A stretch of 60,783 nucleotides of DNA, filler included, from Sphacelaria rigidula (Eukaryota): assembly GCA_964200075.2 (NCBI GenBank). It is 7 parts of 7 records of this genome, joined end to end, with 100 filler letters (N's around TTAATTAATTAA, not from the genome) between each part and the next. Parts side by side here need not be neighbours in the genome. Positions count along the whole stretch, not along the records: positions 43,490 to 52,086 come from CAXNAA020010642.1; positions 52,187 to 60,783 come from CAXNAA020010643.1; 5 more parts are not named here. One strand, 5' to 3'. The notes under the pieces were generated by a model. That model was not told where the DNA came from. It searched no databases and saw only the letters and a list, made by a program, of their open reading frames with translations. Of the stretch, positions 48,620-60,783 are shown one piece after another (within the stretch, counting starts at the first letter, position 1; each line of letters starts with the position of its first letter). A program made the position numbers and the translations under genes.

Positions 48620-48736
48620 GTCGCTGTGAACACTACCTTCACGGACTTGAACGAATTCCTGACGCACATGGTGGCCAAGACCAACACAAACTGCCTGACG
48701 CCCCTATCTTCTCTGGACGGCCCTAGCTCCTTCCTG
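48620..48736 (+). CDS. COPB1: Coatomer subunit beta, exon (VAVNTTFTDLNEFL..CLTPLSSLDGPSSFL)
   Basis: ccag|GTC and CTG|gtgaga, phase 0. Continues ENK-VAVNT. Confidence 0.95.
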
Positions 48737-49180
48737 GTGAGATTCGCCCCTGGTTCTATATATATATATATATATATGATTTTTCTTCCTCTAGTATGTG
48801 TATATTTCTCTCTCGATTTTGGTGTTGTGCGTGGTTTTTTTTTTTTTCGTGTTCATCGTTTCTTCTTCATGTGTCTCAGAGAAGCAAGTGTGTTCGTATG
48901 CTTGCTTTGTTTCATACAGGACGTATGCTTGAATTTTTGTTGTTGTTGATCTTCTTAGTATCCCCTCTTTTTTCTTGAGGTCCACTTCATCCAGTGATTC
49001 CGTTCTATCCACTATTGTACCCTGGGGTACGCCTTATTTTTGTGATACCCCACGGGTGGAGTTGTAGCCGGTCAGCCCTGTCCGGTCCGCCAATGTGCAA
49101 CAAACCATCAATCGAGAAGCTAAATCAAGTTTAATGTATCGCATGCGTGTATTGCTGCTCGCTCACCATGTACATAAAAG

Positions 49181-49390
49181 GCGGCTAACCTTTACGCGAT
49201 GAGCGTATTCGGAGAGGATGCCCTGGTCAACGTCAGTGTGGAGAAGAAAAACGATGCAGACGGCAAGCTAAGCGGGCACGTGCGAATCCGCAGCAAGACG
49301 CAAGGCATTGCCCTATCGCTCGGCGACCGCATCACGCTCGTGCAGCGCGGCCCCGGTACCGGAACGACCACAGCTAATGCTCAACCATGA
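49181..49390 (+). CDS. COPB1: Coatomer subunit beta, last exon ([39 protein letters not shown])
   Basis: Canonical beta-COP C-terminus. aaag|GCG acceptor, TGA stop. Confidence 0.97.
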   Translation, partial: AANLYAMSVFGEDALVNVSVEKKNDADGKLSGHVRIRSKTQGIALSLGDRITLVQRGPGTGTTTANAQP

Positions 49391-51498
49391 TAAATTTGTG
49401 TGTGTTTAGGGACGGGGGATGGGTGGGTGTGGGGGATAGGAATCGACTGGATGTCGATCGATTGATTGACCGATCTCGATTGTTTGTTATTGTTTCTACG
49501 TTGAGTGGGTCTTCATCTACATAGCCTATTAATTTATGGTTTGGGTTGGGTTGGATGCATTCGGGGGGAGAAAAGACAAGAACAATTTTGAGCATTTGAA
49601 GTTTTTTCCAGGGCGGGGGCGGAGAAGAAGTGTTCTTTCTGGGGGGTGTAGTGCCTTTCGTCCCTCTGTCGATCATCGATCGGACAGTCGGGTCTGAATT
49701 GACGGCTGGGTGGGCCAGGGCGGTCGTTCTGTGAAGTAAGAACATTCCCCATGCGAGTAGGCAGTGTCTCTGGGAATGGTGTAACGAAAGGCATACATTC
49801 ATCAAACCAGAATCTGTGTGTGTCCTCTCTGGGTGGACTATGTGGAGTTGGGCCATATCGCTCGATACAATGGGAAAGCCAGAGAAGAGGGGCATGTGTG
49901 TTTGATTTCAGTATGTGCGTGTTGTTTCTCGTCATGTAAACGCTAGTCGTGGGGTACATACGAGGTTCCTCTTCACTGATATCCTAGGGTCCTTGTTTGT
50001 TCATTGTGCTGGGTGAGGTCGTGGTCATTGTGACCGTTGTGATGAGCTCTTTCGAAAGAAATACCTTAGCCATATTCCTGCTGTGCACAAGCGTTTGTTC
50101 TGTTTCGCTCTCTTTTTGTCACATATTTTTTCCGTGTCATGCACGCGTCCCTCTATTTTTGTCACTTCTTGAGCGTAAACATCGTGATAGTCCTGTCCAG
50201 TATCTATCACACGAGCACAGCGTGGTTAACAGTGACAACATGCGCAAATTGCACGGTTGGTCGCACCCGTGCTTCACTACTTGATACATTAGTGGGGCAC
50301 ATGAAAAAGGGTGGCTTGCAGCAGTTTGGCTGTTGCTGACCGTCATCGAGCGTCCGCGAAACAGTTCAGCAACAAATGGTAGTATCACGAGGCGGGCCAG
50401 TGGAATCGTCAAGCAATGACGCCTGACGCTGCCGAAATTATTTCATTGACAATTATTTTGAACTCTGAAAAAGAATTGAAAGCCTAAGTGGGCCATTTCT
50501 TCGGTCAAGTCATGCTACGACAGGGGGCGGGGGGGGGGTCCGATTTCATGATGAAAATGGGCTCATAGGTGCGTCAAACGACCCAACACAAAAGCGGTGC
50601 GCTTATATATGGGTGTACGCGGCATCAAGCAGTCTGAATAAGCGTTATTTATCGGGAGCAAGCGCATTCGAACAACCGTTGCTCCTTTTAACGACGGTTG
50701 ATTGTAAGTGCAAACTTCGAGGAAGAAAACGGCCCAAAATACCCCGTCCCCCCGTCAGGTACGAAAGAAGGACGACAAAGTGTTTGGGAGTGCATGTAAT
50801 ACCGAGTGGGGAACACAGAGTTGTCGTGTATGAAGATCCCCGTCTTCATACCTGCGAACAGTTTTATGCCCGTTGCTTTCTAATGAAAAAACTGTGAACT
50901 TGTATTCGGTACTGTACTGATCGGCGGATGCCAATGCCAGCAAAATTTGGTGGTGCTGTTCGACAGTATCTTCGAACGTTTGGTCGGACCCAAAGTGGAC
51001 ACTTTCCCCCGGGTAACAAGAGCTATTCCGATGATGTGGACGTAGTTTCGAAAACCAAATTGTTTTGTTTCCATAGTTGTTCCGAATTTGGATAAATAAT
51101 GACATGTCGTTACCGTGTGTGATCTCGGCATACACTCTGCAGACAGAAGTTAGTAGGGTAGAGCAACGAAAGCTCCAGTTTGCAGCTGACGCACCACGGT
51201 AGCAACAGTTAGGTCACCACCATAGGTATCTTTTTTCACTCCGCATGTCAAGAAGGCCTCCACAAGTTGTTGATCTCCAACACACACACCCCAACTGGCC
51301 TGTGGCAGGCTCTTGTGGTCAGGTGCCATGATGGTCAGATACGTCACGGTAAAATCAACGATGAATAACAGCCCCCAAGTTCGAACTGGATCATCTTTAA
51401 TTTTAACCCAGCGCACCGCCCTTGCTGGCATGTGTATGGCAGAGAACAGCAGTAGCGGTGACGGTAGCATTGCTCTGTTTTTCAGCGCACAGAGACTG

Positions 51499-51580
51499 CC
51501 GCGTCCCGATGGTGTACTGGTCCGACTTTCGCCGTTAGGGTGGAGAGAACGCGGGTTCGATTCCCGATGCGTTGGGTTTT
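51499..51580 (+). mobile_element. tRNA-like SINE head or tRNA pseudogene
   Basis: A-box-like TGGTGTACTGG, B box GGTTCGATTCC and a following T-run. No proper acceptor stem seen. Confidence 0.5.
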
Positions 51581-52086
51581 TTCTTCGTGATGTATGATTT
51601 TGACCGTGGAAAGCGTGAAAACGTGAGTAAACACAGTAGTCGACTGGGTTTGTGTAACGTGAGTTGACGTGGTACGGAAGTGCTGACCCAATCCGCGAGA
51701 CCAACATGAAAGGCATGTACACCGGGGGAGAGATGGCTTGATCTCTTGAGACCACGTACTCACCCCGAGGAAGGGGAGGGGTTCAAGGTGTGAGGAAAAA
51801 AAAAAACTCGGCCCCTCCAAAACAAGAAGCAGAGAGAAATCGATCTTCGCATCGGTGAGCTCCAGAGACAAGAAGAGACGAAATCTTCCCGCAGCTCGAT
51901 GTTCTTTGGGGATACCTACCGGCAAATGAGAAATTCGGTACGTGCTAGTAACATGCATGGTGCCAGTCTCTCGAACGATTAAGAGTGGATTCTTGAAAAT
52001 GGGGTTAAAAAACAAATAACAGCCGATTTTCGAAAATGGGGTTGAAAAAAAAAATGAGGTTCAACTCAAAAACCGTGCTTTCCCTG

Positions 52087-52186
52087 NNNNNNNNNNNNNN
52101 NNNNNNNNNNNNNNNNNNNNNNNNNNNNNNTTAATTAATTAANNNNNNNNNNNNNNNNNNNNNNNNNNNNNNNNNNNNNNNNNNNN
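52087..52186. other. Artificial contig-joining spacer
   Basis: 44N-TTAATTAATTAA-44N. Confidence 0.98.
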
Positions 52187-52509
52187 CGCACAAAGGCCAA
52201 AAACCTCACGCCGTTTTAAGGAGTTAGACCCTGAAATTTTGCACAACTATGCTTTGGTACATTACGCAACTTTGGAGGAACGTTTTTTTTTGTTACCGTT
52301 TGACGGGGGTCCGATTAAGTCGAGATTTCCCCCCCAAAAATGAGACCCCCGAAAAACGGTGAAAAAAGTCAGAAAAAAAAAAACGTTCCTCAAACGTTGC
52401 GTAATGACCCATAAAACAATCGTGCCAAATTTCAGGGTCCAACTCCTTAAAACGGCGTGAGGTGTTGCCGATGAGTGTTTTTTGGGTGATAAGCGTGAAC
52501 CAGCCTGTA
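52187..52509. mobile_element. Foldback element, same family as 44455-44794
   Basis: Same arms and same CCAGCCTGTA end. Confidence 0.8.
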
Positions 52510-52536
52510 GCGAAATCAAGAAAAACGTGGGCTTAC

Positions 52537-52662
52537 CCTGATAGCCTTGAGAACCGCCGTGGCGGAAGATCCGTTGCGAGGCAGGCGGTGCATTGCCACA
52601 AGAAGCCAGCCCTCCACATCGCACGCCTCGTCCTCGCTTAACCGTGCCTCCAGGTCTATGAG
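52537..52662 (-). CDS. ZFC3H1/Red1-like protein, exon 8 of 8 seen (LIDLEARLSEDEACDVEGWLLVAMH..), probable start of the helical-repeat region
   Basis: tgaag|CTC and AGG|gtaagc, phase 0. The gene continues past the contig end. Confidence 0.78.
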
Positions 52663-52841
52663 CTTCAAAGCAAAAAGCATAACCAACGAGTTGGAAAACA
52701 CGAGGCAAAAGCGGGTGATGCACGGAAAACGTGGACCGCGGAAGTCAAGTAACCTACGATTCAGACTCTACACGGTTTCTGAGCGTAGCCCTGTATGCAT
52801 CCTCCGGTTATCCAAACATCAATCCGCGAGAAAATATGCAC

Positions 52842-52997
52842 CTGATCCTCGGTCAACGCAACCGAGGCCGTCGGTCGGCTGCCCCCTTCGTCGTCGACTT
52901 CTCCGCCGTAGTAGCGCTCCTCTCGCCGAGGTCCACCTCTTGTCTTCCCGCCGCCGGCTCCGCCGGCGGACGAGCCGCCCGCCCACGGCGAAGCGGC
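52842..52997 (-). CDS. ZFC3H1/Red1-like protein, exon 7 (..REERYYGG..TEDQ)
   Basis: gcag|GCC and CAG|gtgcat, phase 0. Confidence 0.78.
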
Positions 52998-53794
52998 CTG
53001 CGCAAATGACTTCGCTAAAACAGCGGGGGATATGTTCACGACGCTATAGTCACCGACAGCAGCCTTTTTGCGGTATATGGCACCCGAGTGTCGATGAGGA
53101 TATCGGATCCCGGTTGAAGAACACAGCACGCGCATACGCAGAGGACCATGTCGGGCGTGCAAAGAGGGGAAGGGCGATTTTAGACGGGATGATAGGAGGT
53201 TCGGCTTGGAAGACGCCGCGTGAATAGGCACATCATAGTTAGACGTGTTTGCTCGAGATCTCCGGGAAAACCGTTTGAATTCCTTTTGAGGGTAAACGAT
53301 GGTACGCAAGTTAAGAACCCTGTACTGAAGTACAAGAGAAGCACCTCAATGGCCGAACGACAATAACATACGGCCACATTGAAAACATACACCGGACGAA
53401 TATATCGGACATGCGCACCAATTGTGCGACCAGGACAACAATGGTGCTGTGCAAGTTGCGACGCCCTCTAGAGAGTTCTTGTTAGCCATCTTCCTGGAGC
53501 AGGGAGTGAACTTGGTCCGACACAAGCATGCGACAAGGACCGGAGCCGCTGATGTAGGGGGGGGGACAATAACCCGGCGGTTGCGCACGATTGCTAGAGT
53601 CTTAGATTGAAACAAGAAGGAGCACGCACATGAAAGGCAGCAGCAGTGTATTCCGATAGAGCTGCCTTGCACAACATTCGAAACATTGGAACCAACAAAA
53701 ATAAGGTGAGCGACCAACCGCCAACACGATCGTGACTACGGCATCGTCACTACAACTTCAGAATCAACCCCGTCCAATCGTCTGAACTCCTCAC

Positions 53795-54428
53795 CTCGGT
53801 GTCGACACTTGCATCCACTTCTGTCGGTAGTGCGAGAAAATCGCCATCTTCTCCGTCGTTGCTGCCGTTTTTCTCGCGCACTTCTTTCACGTCCCCTGAC
53901 CCTGCATCATGGACGGGTCCGCCCTCGCCAGCAACCTCGCCTCCATCGCTCCTGCCACTTGCCGCGCCGAGCTCTTTACCACCGGTCTCACTTTTGTTCG
54001 CTTTATCCCCTGAGCAACTCGCGCGCTTTCCTCCTGATTTGTCGTCAACGCCGTCAGCAACGTCAACGCCACCTCCACTGCCGCCAGAGCTTCGCGGCAC
54101 CTTGTGCTGTTGCGGTAACCCCGTCTCTACTCTGCGTTTTTCGAACTGTATTTCAGGAAGGACGTGCTGCATGTTTCGATGCGCTGTCCGCCCGCCTGTC
54201 GACGATGATGATGACGATGGTGCGGGTGCCGTTGACACTGACGCCGCTGCCGATGTTCCCGATGATACTGGTCGGTCCTTCGATCGATTGTCACTACCGG
54301 CCGGCGACGATACTGTTCCATTATTTGTCGGCCGCGGAGCTCCGACGGTGGTGGTGTCGGCGACAGTTGTTCGATCGGAGGCCGGGGGGGGAGAGGGATC
54401 AGTACGAAACGCGTCCATGTGCTGATAC
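53795..54428 (-). CDS. ZFC3H1/Red1-like protein, exon 6 (YQH completes the zinc finger, then low-complexity sequence)
   Basis: tgcag|G TAT CAG CAC and GAG|gtgagg. Confidence 0.85.
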
Positions 54429-54708
54429 CTGCATGAAAACGAAGCATGCCAATGCGTATTTCGGCGTGACGGGGGAGTGGACAGTAGAGTTTTGAACTGT
54501 AAGGGGATTATGCGATCGGAAAAAGAGATGGGATGGAAGCACTTGGGTCGTATCTCGAGCAAAGGAGGGGCACGCATCTCAGCAGTTCAATCTTCGTTTT
54601 CAGGCACGCAATTTACATCCCCAATCTTCAGCGCAAGGGTAAATAAAACCAGCATCAGGACAAGGTGGGCGCAGAACGAACCGAAACTTTAGGTGGAATG
54701 AAGCTTAC

Positions 54709-55085
54709 ATGCAATCGTCGTCATTACAAACACCGTTGAGCTCAAAAGGACACATGATGGCGTTTGGGTCTATTCGTCGTCGCTTTCCTCCGCGAGGCGA
54801 CAGTACCGCCGCCGTCTGCGCCCCCCCCCCCCTCGCCGCCGCCACGGCCGATATGTCTGCCTTTTCTACAACTGATGGGCAAGTAGAGTTCGACACCCCC
54901 GTTACCACTCCGTCGTCGCCCTTCCGCTTGCCTCCGGCTGCAGTCGGGACTGTTTCACGATCCGAGACGGTCGACGAATAGGGCTGTCGCATGACAGCGG
55001 CAAAGGGCAAGAGGTTCGGCAAATGGAGTGGCCGGGCAGACCGCGCATAGGCTCGATCAAGTGCCTCCGACATCGAAAGCCCCGG
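54709..55085 (-). CDS. ZFC3H1/Red1-like protein, exon 5 (IDPNAIMCPFELNGVCNDDDC)
   Basis: zf-C3H1-type motif IDP..CP(F/Y)EL.G.CND..C.(Y/W)QH. Donor AT|gtaagc, phase 2. Confidence 0.88.
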
Positions 55086-55503
55086 CTGCTTCTCGCGTTG
55101 GATGGTATCAGGACGTAAACCGAGAAACAAGAGGCGGTTGAGGGGAGGGGGGGGGTAAGAAAAACACGTACCGCTACTCCCTGAGCACCACCTCTGGAAG
55201 TGTTGAAGCGAAGCAAGCTACAACGTAGGCGTGGGGTCAGGCATCTTCCGGTTTGTTGAACACAAAATTACAATATTACTCAGGGAACAAGGAAACACGT
55301 ATGAAACACGCCGAGAAGAACTGTCGGTTCTGTCATTGTATGGATAACAGTCGATCAGCAGTGCCCGGGAGGCCAAAACCATCGGTCGGTCATTGTCGGT
55401 ACGAACAACCACACATCAGCGCCCCCACCCGCTCCTTTCCCATCTCGCTTGATCTCACGATCCACACCGCGATTACCTCAATCCCCACCCTCAGCAATTT
55501 CAC

Positions 55504-55818
55504 CTGACGGCATCGTTCGTTCAGCAGCACCGGCCCCTCCCTCCCAACCCCACCACCCGCCGCCGCCGTCGTCGCCTGCTCTTCCCCTAGCGCTTCCGCA
55601 GACATCAGAAGCACATAATCCTCGATAGTCGCCGCGTCACGAGTCAACAGTGCGTCCCCCGGCCCCCCCACCGCCATCGCCAACAACATTGCCGGCCCTG
55701 GATCGGCGATGCCGGAACTAGAACTACCCGCGGAAGAAGACCCCGCTCCCTTCGATTTCAGTGTCCTTGGGGAGGTGCCTTGGTTACGATACTCCCGCCT
55801 CGGAGACCCCAGCGCAGC
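55504..55818 (-). CDS. ZFC3H1/Red1-like protein, exon 4
   Basis: tcaag|GCT and CAG|gtgaaa, 315 bp, phase 0. Confidence 0.75.
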
Positions 55819-56109
55819 CTTGATATCCAAGGGTTGGTAGAAGCAAGCTTTGAGTTAGGACTAGGCTACGGTTACGGATACGCGTTATAAGCGCCCCCTC
55901 GCGTGGTATACTCGTTCCACTCGCGGACGGAGCAGTCGCAGCAACAACAAATCGCTACTCAGGCAGGAACATTTTTTTCAGCGCCTTCAGTCACATGGAT
56001 GTTTTTCAGCTACGAAGTGCGTCACAGTATACCACGACGCGTTCAACTTTCTCAAAGATATACTTCCCTCGCCACCTCCAACTTCCCGATGTCGACAACA
56101 GCGATTTAC

Positions 56110-56253
56110 CTCAGGCGTTGGTGCAGCCGGAATAGAGAGTGTTCCTCCAGGTGTAGATCTCTTGTCGTTGCCGTCGCTTTCACTGCTCACGGTGGCCGCA
56201 CTAGCTAATACGGGCTGAGTATGAACAGAAGCTTTCGCAAGCGCTTCTTCCCT
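56110..56253 (-). CDS. ZFC3H1/Red1-like protein, exon 3
   Basis: accag|AGG and GAG|gtaaat, 144 bp, phase 0. Confidence 0.7.
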
Positions 56254-57757
56254 CTGGTGAATATGAATATAAACACACAAGCGTGATATCGCGTGTGCAG
56301 GGGTGACCACAACGAGGCATATAGCAGTTTGTGTAACTACTGTACAACGACAACAGTTAGCACATCACGCTCGCCATAACAATCGACGCCGGTGTACAGG
56401 CAACCAAAGCGGGACTACAGGTGACAAGTGCACAGTTAGCACGAGAAAAGCCTCACCACGGGCAGGATATAAATTGTATCCACGTCCTCACCTCAGTATC
56501 AACCTTTTGGCGCTGGATACCTCGACCGTAACAATTCTTAGATGACATTTAGTGAGGCGGGTATGGTTGACATTTTCTTGAATATCACATATAAATATCT
56601 TCGCTGAAAAACACGGAATCACGATACCCGCGTACGAGTGCATGAGCTGGGAATGGCAAGACATGGTTGACCATTCAGGGTGTCTCTTCATTATGCACAC
56701 CAGTACAGGAGCGCAGGCAGGCATAGGAGTCTCGTTCAATCGTATAGCCATCATCAGCACCCAGTAAGACTGCTACACACACCGCAGCATCAACCTGCAA
56801 GCGGCACTGTACTGTAGTAATGGTGTTTGGTACCTCGTGGTACCTGTATGCCGCAGTCATGAGCTCGGTTACACAGAAAACGCCAATCGAAGAAACACAC
56901 CCTTTTTGAAAATCAAATTCACTTTGAGATGCCAACACCATCTGTACTGTACTGTACTGTACCATCAATTACTCTTGTACCTCCGCAAGGACGACGCAAT
57001 GGACGACACGATAAACAATGTGAGTATGGGATACATGCGGCCTTATACTCGCCATCAAAAAGCCAGTATAATTTCTAGGAAGCGGGGTCAATGTGCAACC
57101 ACGACTCGCAGCATGAACTTGGACAACACTTCCATCCCATGATCGAAGGCTGTTTGTTGCCCTCGATTGATGGTACTGTGCAGGTAGAGAGTAGACAGCT
57201 CAACACAGCCTTTCGTGGATCATTTGCACGTGACCAGAGGCCGCGGCACGCATACAGGAGAAAATTGGGGAATGTTTCAAGCTCGCAGAGGGGGCCGGCT
57301 ACGCGTCTGTTTATTGCTGCCACGCATCGTGTCCAGCAGGACACAGTCAAGTACACCGAGGGGTTTTGCGATTTTATATGTCATGGTATATGCCGCAACC
57401 GTGCGCAGGGTCGTAGAGCAAAACATGGCCTGCCACACTAGGGAACTGACACCATCAGAAGTCACTATATACATTCAAATAGACGTCCTAGACTCCAACT
57501 GACGGCCGGTATACACTGATACATTTGGGAACACTCTACCGGAATGTACGTACACGCTAGACCGCCGTGCCTGCTTTGTCTGCGCACCTCATCTAGTTGT
57601 AGATGTTTCCTTCGTCCTTCGTCAACCACAATCGTCTGTCTGTAAACAGTCAGGGGTCTGGCGCGAGGGTCAAGGGGGAAACGTCTGAAATGATCGCGTA
57701 CAAGCATCAAACCAAAATGCAGGCCATCTAGAAGGGAGCGGCAGCTTGGCAACTCAC

Positions 57758-57882
57758 TCGATGCTGTGAAAGAAGATCCGCAAGAAGTTTAGTCAGCTCC
57801 GCTTCCCGATTCAGGTGCTCGTTGGCAATGGTTCTGACCTCGTCTTCTTGCGCCCTGACTTGCGCCAGTCTCGTCTCCATCA
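57758..57882 (-). CDS. ZFC3H1/Red1-like protein, exon 2 (coiled-coil-like METRLAQVRAQEDEVR..)
   Basis: acag|TG and CGA|gtgagt. Phases match both neighbours. Confidence 0.7.
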
Positions 57883-58445
57883 CTGTGTGCATCAACGCAT
57901 ACGACGAATGTCCGCGAGTACCGGCCATATCCACACAAGACATTGGGTACGTCCGGAAGGGACGGGACGTAACGTAACGTGAGAAGCATTGCCGCATTGC
58001 ATGCCAATACCCGGGGGACGGGGGATGGTACAAATTTGTTTGTTCTCGCCTTTCACAGGGAAAAGGCGCCGTGCCACATGTGAAACTGGGCGAGGTACTT
58101 TGCTTCCGTAGCGTACGACGGGCAGTGTTGTGTGTACGGGCAGTGTTGAGAACTCTCGCCACTGAGTTGTGCCTTCCCGCTCGCGGGTCGTGAAACCTTA
58201 ATCCTGACTGACAACTGTGCATGTCGACGCCGAAGGGGATACTTGTCCAAAATCCAGCGAGATGTTCTTTCATCACCGTGTCACCCTGCACATAACTAGT
58301 TTTGTGAGGCCTACATGTAGCATTCATGTGTTGGCGTATTTGCCGCCCAAGATTCATCGTGTCTCGACCATCAACTCTTAGCCAAGGGCGCTCACGAAGC
58401 AGGCCAAACACACACACGTTGTGAACGACAAGTGCGCAGTCTCAC

Positions 58446-58519
58446 GTCTGAGATGAGCTTCGATGTCGTTTGCAGATTGTTTGGATGCCAACTCCACGGT
58501 CTCCGCCGCCCTCCGGATA
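58446..58519 (-). CDS. ZFC3H1/Red1-like protein, most upstream exon found (IRRAAETVELASKQSANDIEAHLR)
   Basis: gtgcag|T and C|gtgaga. The phase-1 end joins TG of the next exon. Confidence 0.62.
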
Positions 58520-58961
58520 CTGCACGGATACGAACGAGACGGAGCGGCACAAAGACATGCAAGGGCATACCAAGACACGGGAATGCGGATCTTACACCTC
58601 ATGTATACGCATATGATGAACACCTGTGCAACATAGGACGCTTGAAGGAAATAACATAGCACGGTAAAACTGCTTCGCCAGTAGCATGAGCGAGCAGCAC
58701 CGAGGCACTTGCATGCAGTGTGCAGACGGAACTCCTGTACCCTGAGTGACCGGTAGGGCATGGTACAACAGCTCAACGTCAAAGAGCCACCATTTCCACG
58801 GAAGGCACTCCGTGACTCAGCCTACCACGCGGCTCATGGTCAATCCTTGCCCTACGTGCTACGGCAAAAAAAAACGCCTCGCTTCAGAGTGTATTCGGCA
58901 ACAGGACTGCGACAGCAGCCTTCAGCGGGAGGGTCCGACGACCCGCCTCCTTCGGCGGCAT

Positions 58962-58989
58962 ATGATTGATTGATTGATTGATTGATTGT
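58962..58989. repeat. (TGAT)n microsatellite
   Basis: Direct reading. Confidence 0.9.
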
Positions 58990-60712
58990 CGCACTTCAAC
59001 TGACCCTTGAGAGGTCCAGCCGTGGTCTCATAATAGACGTACCCAAGAAACACGAAACTGAAACACGCTCTGAAGAAAAGAAGGGACAGGAAAAAAAAAA
59101 GGTCGAACAGAACGACCTAGCAGACTAAGCCGTAACAAAAAAAAAGCAATAAAAAAAGTCAACACAAACGAAGCGCAGAAAGAAAGCATATGTGGCCTTA
59201 CAACGGGAACCCACACAAGATATACTCATAGTCGCGCACATCAGTGCGAAACACACTCACGCGTTGTCCGCGGTGATGAAGGCACGAGTACAAACAATCT
59301 AAGAAACACGATCAACACAACGGCAACACAACCCGCCCTCAGGTCAATTCTGCCGAGCAGCACCAACAACTCGCAGGTAGCCAAAAGTAACGGCACACGC
59401 GCCGTGGAGGAAGCTCCCATGCACACCACCTCCGCGAAGGCGGTGACTTCCGCGTAGATTGGGGGTTACTCGAGGGACACGAGAGAATCAGGTAGATTTT
59501 CGAATAGACACCGGAGGGCACTCAGAATCGTGTTTCAACACACAACCATTTCGTGCAGGTTCGCTCTTTTTCATGTTGGAAACGAAAGCCGGAGAAAAAG
59601 GACGTTATTTCTTGTCGTCACTTTGACATTATTAGCCACATCCAAGTAGAGTACCTGAACGGCATTCATGAAGAATCAGACAACCACTCAGTCACTCAGC
59701 CTCTCGGGTCAAGGCCCGCTATGCGAGTACGGTCTTTTATCCGCAGCCACCCGTGGGTAGGTTGGAGATGTTCGGCTCCGACTGCGACACGAGTTGTGAG
59801 CGCAAACGGTACGCACACTACCTACTAAACGCTGACAAACCGCGGTGTTGAATACTTGGTGAGGTGGCAGGAGACGAGCGCATGACGTCGTTTTTAGTTT
59901 TGAGCGTCGTAAAATAGGCAACCTTGGCACTGCTGATGCTTCACAAATCGTACCGGTTGTTATCGTTGATGCAAGGGGGGTGTTAACGTTTCTTGCAAGA
60001 GCCATGTCGCCCCCCACCCCCTCGCCCGATATTTTCGGCCTCAACACGAGATTCTCATGGTCATTTCCAGGTCGAACAAGAATCTCCAACCGCTGTTTTA
60101 ATCCAAATACGGATATCTCACAGTCCAGGTAGCGCCCAGGCATCGTTTTTTTCCCGTGTCATATACGGAGTTTTCACCGTTGTTTTCAAGCTAGAAACTG
60201 ACTCCGCTTAGGTCAGACAGCACCCGGGCAGCACCTCGGCACACTATCTTCTGGATAAGAAGTTGGTACAACTGCAATTGTGCGGATAATAAGGCAGTAT
60301 CATGCGTAGCAAAACCCCTCCTCCTCCGACCCCCCACGTCCTTCCGCCCTTTCCGATTTGAGGGTTTTGGGGGTATGGTTCCTGGAAAACGTGGCTACGG
60401 GATCCCTCGAGGACCGTTACATAACTAGTTGCACTGTGTCATTCGAATCGTGTACACCAATGTGTTCACAACCCACCTGTATAACCTGGGTCCCATAGAA
60501 AATTATCTGTCCGAAGCGCGGAGTGATAGCTTGATTGATTTTCGTACCACCGCGTTTGATTTTCTGCGTACTTATCCTCAGATTTTATCTCTGTGCCTGG
60601 ACGGTGACTATCGGGTCGCAAAACGTTCCTTGATCGAAATAGTAAACGCGTACGCAACACACATCTACGGTAGTGCAGCATACCAACTACCGCGATTTTC
60701 TGTGACAGGGTG

Positions 60713-60783
60713 CCGGTCGCCCCGGTGGCTCAGTTGGTAACCTCGTAACCTTCTGATGGTTGAGTTGGGGGGTTCGATTCCCG
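60713..60783 (+). mobile_element. tRNA-derived SINE head truncated by the window end
   Basis: CCGGTCGCCCCGGTGGCTCAGTTGGTAAC is identical to 46851 and 47288. B box GGTTCGATTCC. Confidence 0.85.

Noticed and set aside
8600..52186. Regularly spaced TTAATTAATTAA motif (about every 8.7 kb) as a biological periodicity
   Set aside because: Each copy is centred in exactly 88 Ns. It is a synthetic linker.
44952..58519. COPB1 and the ZFC3H1-like gene as convergent neighbours
   Set aside because: They lie on different contigs separated by an artificial spacer.

Overview
This window is not one locus. It is seven unrelated contigs of near-identical length (8599, 8598, 8598, 8597, 8597, 8597, 8597 bp) joined by artificial 100-bp spacers (44 N + TTAATTAATTAA + 44 N). 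The DNA is eukaryotic, with short exons, long repeat-filled introns and many transposons. A stramenopile, probably a brown alga, is my inference from the gene style. Contig 1: one orphan exon, SINEs, MITEs, a ~470-bp foldback and a decayed intronless ORF. Contig 2: a decayed LINE and exons of an uncharacterised gene. Contig 3: a decayed Ty1/copia element with a 21 x 26-bp tandem array in its 3' region and a probable 3' LTR. Contig 4: a decayed Ty3/gypsy element. Contig 5: a gene ending in a 2.6-kb exon that encodes a largely disordered protein with a probable tail anchor. Contig 6: the last four exons of coatomer beta (COPB1). Contig 7: eight in-phase exons of a ZFC3H1/Red1-like zinc-finger gene. 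I found no convincing new multi-gene system. The best leads are the copia tandem array, a set of MITE families sharing a GA-N6-CTACGRTA terminus, the long foldback and the tail-anchored protein. All family calls come from motif recognition by eye, not from searches.
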